Shown here in pieces: positions 60,147 through 64,000 of a DNA stretch of 64,000 bases (positions are counted from its first letter, which is position 1; every line of letters starts with the position of its first letter). The notes beneath the pieces are model-generated. The model saw only the letters and a list, made by a program, of their open reading frames with translations, was not told where the DNA came from and ran no database searches. The stretch comes from Candidatus Latescibacterota bacterium (GTDB lineage Bacteria > Latescibacterota > UBA2968 > GCA-2709665): contig OZ250150.1 of NCBI GenBank assembly GCA_965237675.1, positions 32,001 through 96,000 of the forward strand. The letters are read 5' to 3'. The position numbers were made by a program, and so were the translations under genes.

Positions 60147-61061
60147 TCACCCGGTTCGCACCGGCTTCCCCAGCGCCTCCGCCATCGCGCGGATGTGGGA
60201 CGGCCCGGCGCCGCAGCAGCACCCCACGAAGTTGATCCCTTCCGCCCTCGCCTTCAGCGCGAACGCCGCCATATCGTCGGGCGTGACGCCATTGCGATGC
60301 CGGCGGACGGCATAGCCGCCGTTTTCGGTATCCTCCATCTGCCTGAATCCCTTCGGCTGGCAGGCGATCGGTACATCCACCGCTTCCCGCATCTCGAGCG
60401 CCGTCGGCAGCATCTGTTCCGGGTCCCCGATACAGACGGTCCCCACGATGTCCGCGCCGTCGTCCACGAGGGCGCGGGCGCACTCCGCCGCGGTGGCGCC
60501 GTCCCGTGTCGCCTTATTGCTGCCGATGCCCACGAGCGCCATCGTCGGCAGGCCGGTTTTCTTACAGCTTTCCACGCACAGCCGCATCTCGTCCAGACGG
60601 GAGAACGTCTCCGGGATCAGGAAGTCGGCGCCGGCGTCGACGAGAATTGCGATCTGTTCTTCCCATTCGGCCTGCGCGCGTGCGCCCGACGAAGGATCCT
60701 CCGGATTGTAAACCTGGTCTCCCAGACGGGAACCGGTCATCGTGGATACGAGACAGCCGCCTACCGGCGTCTCCCAGTCCGATCCCTCCTTGGCCGCCCG
60801 AATCCCGGTCCTGTTGATTTCGTCCACGCGGCCTCCCCATCCGTATTTCTCCTCCAGCTGAGCGCCCGAGGTAAACCACGTCAGCGCCTGGAGCACCTCG
60901 GCACCCGAATTGTAGAAGTCCCGGTGGATCTGCTGAAGCACATCCGGGTGGGAGCCGATGATGCCGGGCACATCGTAACCTCTCCAGTTCGCCTCCAGGT
61001 ACATCCCACCGTCACCGAGGACGATTCCCTCTTTGAGCATTTCCATTAGATTCCCGGCCAT
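60147..61061 (-). CDS. Homocysteine S-methyltransferase family, HMT-4
   Basis: VLGDGG, PETF, ADIVGTVC, FVGCCCG. Confidence 0.88.
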   Translation of the reverse strand: MAGNLMEMLKEGIVLGDGGMYLEANWRGYDVPGIIGSHPDVLQQIHRDFYNSGAEVLQALTWFTSGAQLEEKYGWGGRVDEINRTGIRAAKEGSDWETPVGGCLVSTMTGSRLGDQVYNPEDPSSGARAQAEWEEQIAILVDAGADFLIPETFSRLDEMRLCVESCKKTGLPTMALVGIGSNKATRDGATAAECARALVDDGADIVGTVCIGDPEQMLPTALEMREAVDVPIACQPKGFRQMEDTENGGYAVRRHRNGVTPDDMAAFALKARAEGINFVGCCCGAGPSHIRAMAEALGKPVRTG

Positions 61062-61123
61062 ATCTCAATTCTCCTCTCTACAGTAGTTGAATTGCCCCAC
61101 CCTCAAACGACCCCTATTCCCTT

Positions 61124-61923
61124 GATGTAGGGAGAGGTGAGACGGTAGACGGTAGAAGAAATCCTTGCCTGGTATGTTATTCCTCCTTGCCTCCGGCACG
61201 AGAAGAAACCTCACAGGGCAGGCAATCTCTCCCGGCTTACGTCTTCCTGCCTTTACAGAAGTTGATACGGCCCGGGCTTATCCGGCATTGCCGTCGGTTT
61301 TCCGATCGCCTCGGCCATCGCGATGTGGGGAGAGGTGAGACGGTAGACGGTAGAAGAAATCCTTGCCTGGTATGTTATTCCTCCTTGCCTCCGGCACGAG
61401 AAGAAACCTCACAGGGCAGGCAATCTCTCCCGGCTTACGTCTTCCTGCCTTTACAGAAGTTGATACGGCCCGGGCTTATCCGGCATTGCCGTCGGTTTTC
61501 CGATCGCCTCGGCCATCGCGATGTGGGGAGAGGTGAGACGGTAGACGGTAGAAGAAATCCTTGCCTGGTATGTTATTCCTCCTTGCCTCCGGCACGAGAA
61601 GAAACCTCACAGGGCAGGCAATCTCTCCCGGCTCCCGGCTTACGTCCCGCCGTTAGAGAAGTTGAAACGGACCCGGCTGATCAGGCATTGCCGTCGGTTT
61701 TCCGATCGCCTCGGCCATCGCGATGTGGGGAGAGGTGAGACGGTAGACGGTAGAAGAAATCCTTGCCTGGTATGTTATTCCTCCTTGCCTCCGGCACGAG
61801 AAGAAACCTCACAGGGCAGGCAATCTCTCCCGTCTCCCGGCTTACGTCCCGCCTTTACAGAAGTTGATACGGACCCGGCTGATCCGGCATCGCCGTCGGT
61901 TTCCCGATCGCCTCGGCCATCGC
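61124..61923. repeat. Tandem array of four 198-202-bp units, each ending in a copy of the HMT-5 3' end
   Basis: Units start at 61124, 61322, 61520 and 61722; 69-bp gene-end segments at 61253-61321, 61451-61519, 61653-61721 and 61855-61923 (the real gene end). Confidence 0.95.
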
Positions 61924-62790
61924 CCGGATGTGGTACGGCAGGGCCCCGCAGCAGGCCCCGATGAAATCGACGCCCATGTCCCATGCATCCCTCGCGTAGT
62001 CGGCCATCTCACGCCGGGGCTGGTGCCGGAGTTCGAAGTGGACGCTTGAGCCCGAGGCGATCTCCCGCGTATACTCCGCGCCGTTTTCCAGCACGTACGC
62101 CAGGGGTTGCGCGCAGATCGGGACTGAAACGGCGCGCATCATCTTTTGGACGATATCCCGGTACATGTACCAGGGACGACCACAATTCACGCCCACCACG
62201 TCGGCGCCATGATCCACGAGCCGTTTCGCGGCCTCGTCCGGCAGATACCGGTCGGCGGTATACTCTCCCGATTTGTACTCAAGCGTCACCACGGCGGGCA
62301 CACCGGCGCTCTTTATGTAGGGCAACCCCAGCGAAGCCTCCTCGACGGAATAAAACGTCTCTACGATGAACAGGTCCACCCCCGCCGCGATCTGCTGTCC
62401 CACCCGCCGCTCGAAAAACGCCTGCGCCTCGCGCCTTTCCTTAACGGTAATTGGCGATCGCCTCTGGTACTTTCCGATACCGACGGGGCTGAGCGTACCC
62501 GCCACAAACCGGTCCGGGCCGGCAGCCTGCCTCGCAAGCTCGACGGCCGTACGGTGGAGTTCCTCATCCCGATCCATCTTGCCCACGCCCCAGGCCATGG
62601 CCTGCAGCACTTCGGCACCGGCAAGCGCGAACTCCCGGTGCAATTCGAGCAGACCCTCAGGGTGATCCAGTACGGCCCAGGGGACGCCTTTTGCGAAACT
62701 GCCCAGACATCGCCGCTCAAGCTCCAGGTAGTACCCACCGTCGCCAAGCACCGGCCCGTCCTTCAGGCGATCCAGAAAACCCGATGTCAT
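61855..62790 (-). CDS. Betaine-homocysteine methyltransferase-like protein, HMT-5
   Basis: GFLDRLKDGPVLGDGG...LHREFALAGAEVLQA, VETF, VGVNC, FIGACCG; AGGAGG RBS. Confidence 0.88.
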   Translation of the reverse strand: MTSGFLDRLKDGPVLGDGGYYLELERRCLGSFAKGVPWAVLDHPEGLLELHREFALAGAEVLQAMAWGVGKMDRDEELHRTAVELARQAAGPDRFVAGTLSPVGIGKYQRRSPITVKERREAQAFFERRVGQQIAAGVDLFIVETFYSVEEASLGLPYIKSAGVPAVVTLEYKSGEYTADRYLPDEAAKRLVDHGADVVGVNCGRPWYMYRDIVQKMMRAVSVPICAQPLAYVLENGAEYTREIASGSSVHFELRHQPRREMADYARDAWDMGVDFIGACCGALPYHIRAMAEAIGKPTAMPDQPGPYQLL

Positions 62791-62850
62791 TGCAATACCT
62801 CCTGTTGGGATTGTCAGACGCTGTCGACAGCCTCCATCAGAAAACGGTTA

Positions 62851-63218
62851 GCCTCAATTCGAAAAAAGATAACTGTTAAATTGGCCACAAAAAGCACAAA
62901 AGGCACAGAACGTATCGGTGCGAAACGGCGTGTGTCGTAACGTCGTGATCCTGCAGTTATTTCGTTGTCTCTCGGCCATACGCCCTGTAACAGATTAGCT
63001 GTTTTTGTGCCTTTTGTGGCAATTTGCCTTAATTCAAAAGATACAGCAAGGCGACACTGCGGAAAAAACTTCAGAATCGGGGCGTTGAGGTCGTCCAAAT
63101 GGACGTTTTCTCAGTTCACGTCCAGTGACCTTAAACATCTTGGAACGCCGACGTCAAATCGCCTTTGTTCTTCTGTGTAAATTCGATTTAAGGTCCCCAA
63201 AAAACGACGAATCAAGGT
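62851..63218. mobile_element. MITE copy B (longer form)
   Basis: TA-gcctcaattcg ... cgaatcaaggt-CA ends; internal inverted repeat ~62878-62903/63002-63025; homologous to 6980-7194. Confidence 0.7.
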
Positions 63219-63344
63219 CAGACGTGGAACGGAACGAAAAAACAGAGCGCCAAAAACATCCGGGTTCGGGTGGGGTCCTCTACCGTCTTACGTCTACCGT
63301 GTCACCGACTTCGTTCAACGTGTCGATTTTCATAACTTACAGTG

Positions 63345-64000
63345 TCAAGGGCGAACTGACTGAATTGGGAAATCGCCAGCTTTTCTCTTCTCGGAGGGCC
63401 GGAAATCCGGAACATCCAGACACGCGCTTCCCTGCTCCACAGACTGAACGGCCACAATGGCCGGCGCCGTCAGTTCCGCCGACCTGTATACGTTCAAGGG
63501 TGGATCCGAATCATTCAGGATCGCGTCCAGAAAAGACGAAAGCGCGAAATAGTCCATATTTCCATGCCCGCTTCCCCGGGCTTCCTCGGGAAGCTCGTCC
63601 GGAGAATAGGTCCATTCCATCGCCCGCATACCCTCTTCTCCGGAACTCTCCAGCCACATCTTCGGCGTATCCACGCCCCGAGATCCGCCGTAGATCTCCG
63701 CGGATCGGGCGGTCTCCACCTTCCCTGTGGTCCCCTCCAGGTGCCACCAGTGGTGATCGCGGGGTGTCGTTGCGTACGTAAAACCGGCTGCCATCCGGAC
63801 AATCGTGTCCTTTTCCGTGTGCATCAACGCCACCTGGATATCCGACGCGGGAATCCCCTCGTAATAGTAGCTTTTGGGCCGCGTCCCCATGCATGTCACC
63901 CGCGTCACCCGGTCCTCCAGAACCGACAGGATGGGACCCAGGTCGGTTGCCATGTAGAGAATCGGGTGGGGATACCAGTTCCACATTCTGCTCTTTACGG
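63345..64000 (-). CDS. Gfo/Idh/MocA oxidoreductase (GH109-like paralogue), 5'-truncated by window edge
   Basis: DIQVALMHTEKDT, DHHWW, GSGHGNMD and VPDFRP shared with 18974.. and 26812..; frame is open to the window end. Confidence 0.85.
   Translation of the reverse strand, partial: VKSRMWNWYPHPILYMATDLGPILSVLEDRVTRVTCMGTRPKSYYYEGIPASDIQVALMHTEKDTIVRMAAGFTYATTPRDHHWWHLEGTTGKVETARSAEIYGGSRGVDTPKMWLESSGEEGMRAMEWTYSPDELPEEARGSGHGNMDYFALSSFLDAILNDSDPPLNVYRSAELTAPAIVAVQSVEQGSACLDVPDFRPSEKRKAGDFPIQSVRP

Noticed and set aside
61124-61923. CRISPR array
   Set aside because: The constant part is ~110-130 bp, the variable parts are homologous gene ends rather than unique spacers, and no cas genes are present.
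61253-61923. Diversity-generating retroelement TR/VR pair
   Set aside because: Differences are not confined to adenines (ccc/ccg, ggg/ggt, ctg/ctc), are mostly synonymous, and no reverse transcriptase is in the window.
61187-61964. Repetitive plus-strand ORFs 61187..61738 and 61662..61964
   Set aside because: By-products of the 198-bp (multiple of 3) repeat; no RBS or recognisable motifs.

Overview
GC-rich bacterial window, almost entirely coding on the minus strand. The gene content (TonB-dependent receptor next to a PorV-family gene and a T9SS-like C-terminal-domain protein, a GWxTD protein, DUF6785/6784 membrane proteins, dockerin-like EF-hand tails) suggests an FCB-group lineage such as Ca. 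Latescibacterota; this is inference only. The window is a catabolic and uptake region dominated by paralogue expansions: five stand-alone BHMT-like homocysteine S-methyltransferase (HMT) genes (one lacking all three Zn-binding Cys), five Gfo/Idh/MocA oxidoreductases (several GH109-like) and two DUF6785 transporter-like genes, arranged as a duplicated HMT-Gfo-DUF6785 module. It also holds an amino-sugar-type cluster (DegT, Gfo, deacetylase-like, NTase-like), an outer-membrane operon (OM barrel, temptin-like di-CxxCH protein, TBDR, secreted partner, PorV, GWxTD, TonB), an Opp/Dpp ABC transporter split by an inverted PL26/YetA-like lyase gene, and a small toxin-antitoxin island with intact and decayed modules. 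The most unusual non-coding features are: a 4x ~200-bp tandem array (61124-61923) whose units pair an almost invariant block with a mostly synonymously diverged copy of an HMT gene's last 23 codons; a two-copy MITE; stacks of REP-like remnants; and a promoter-led, ~270-nt structured leader. No rRNA, tRNA, CRISPR array, integrase or transposase was recognised. All calls are by-eye motif recognition; no database searches were run.
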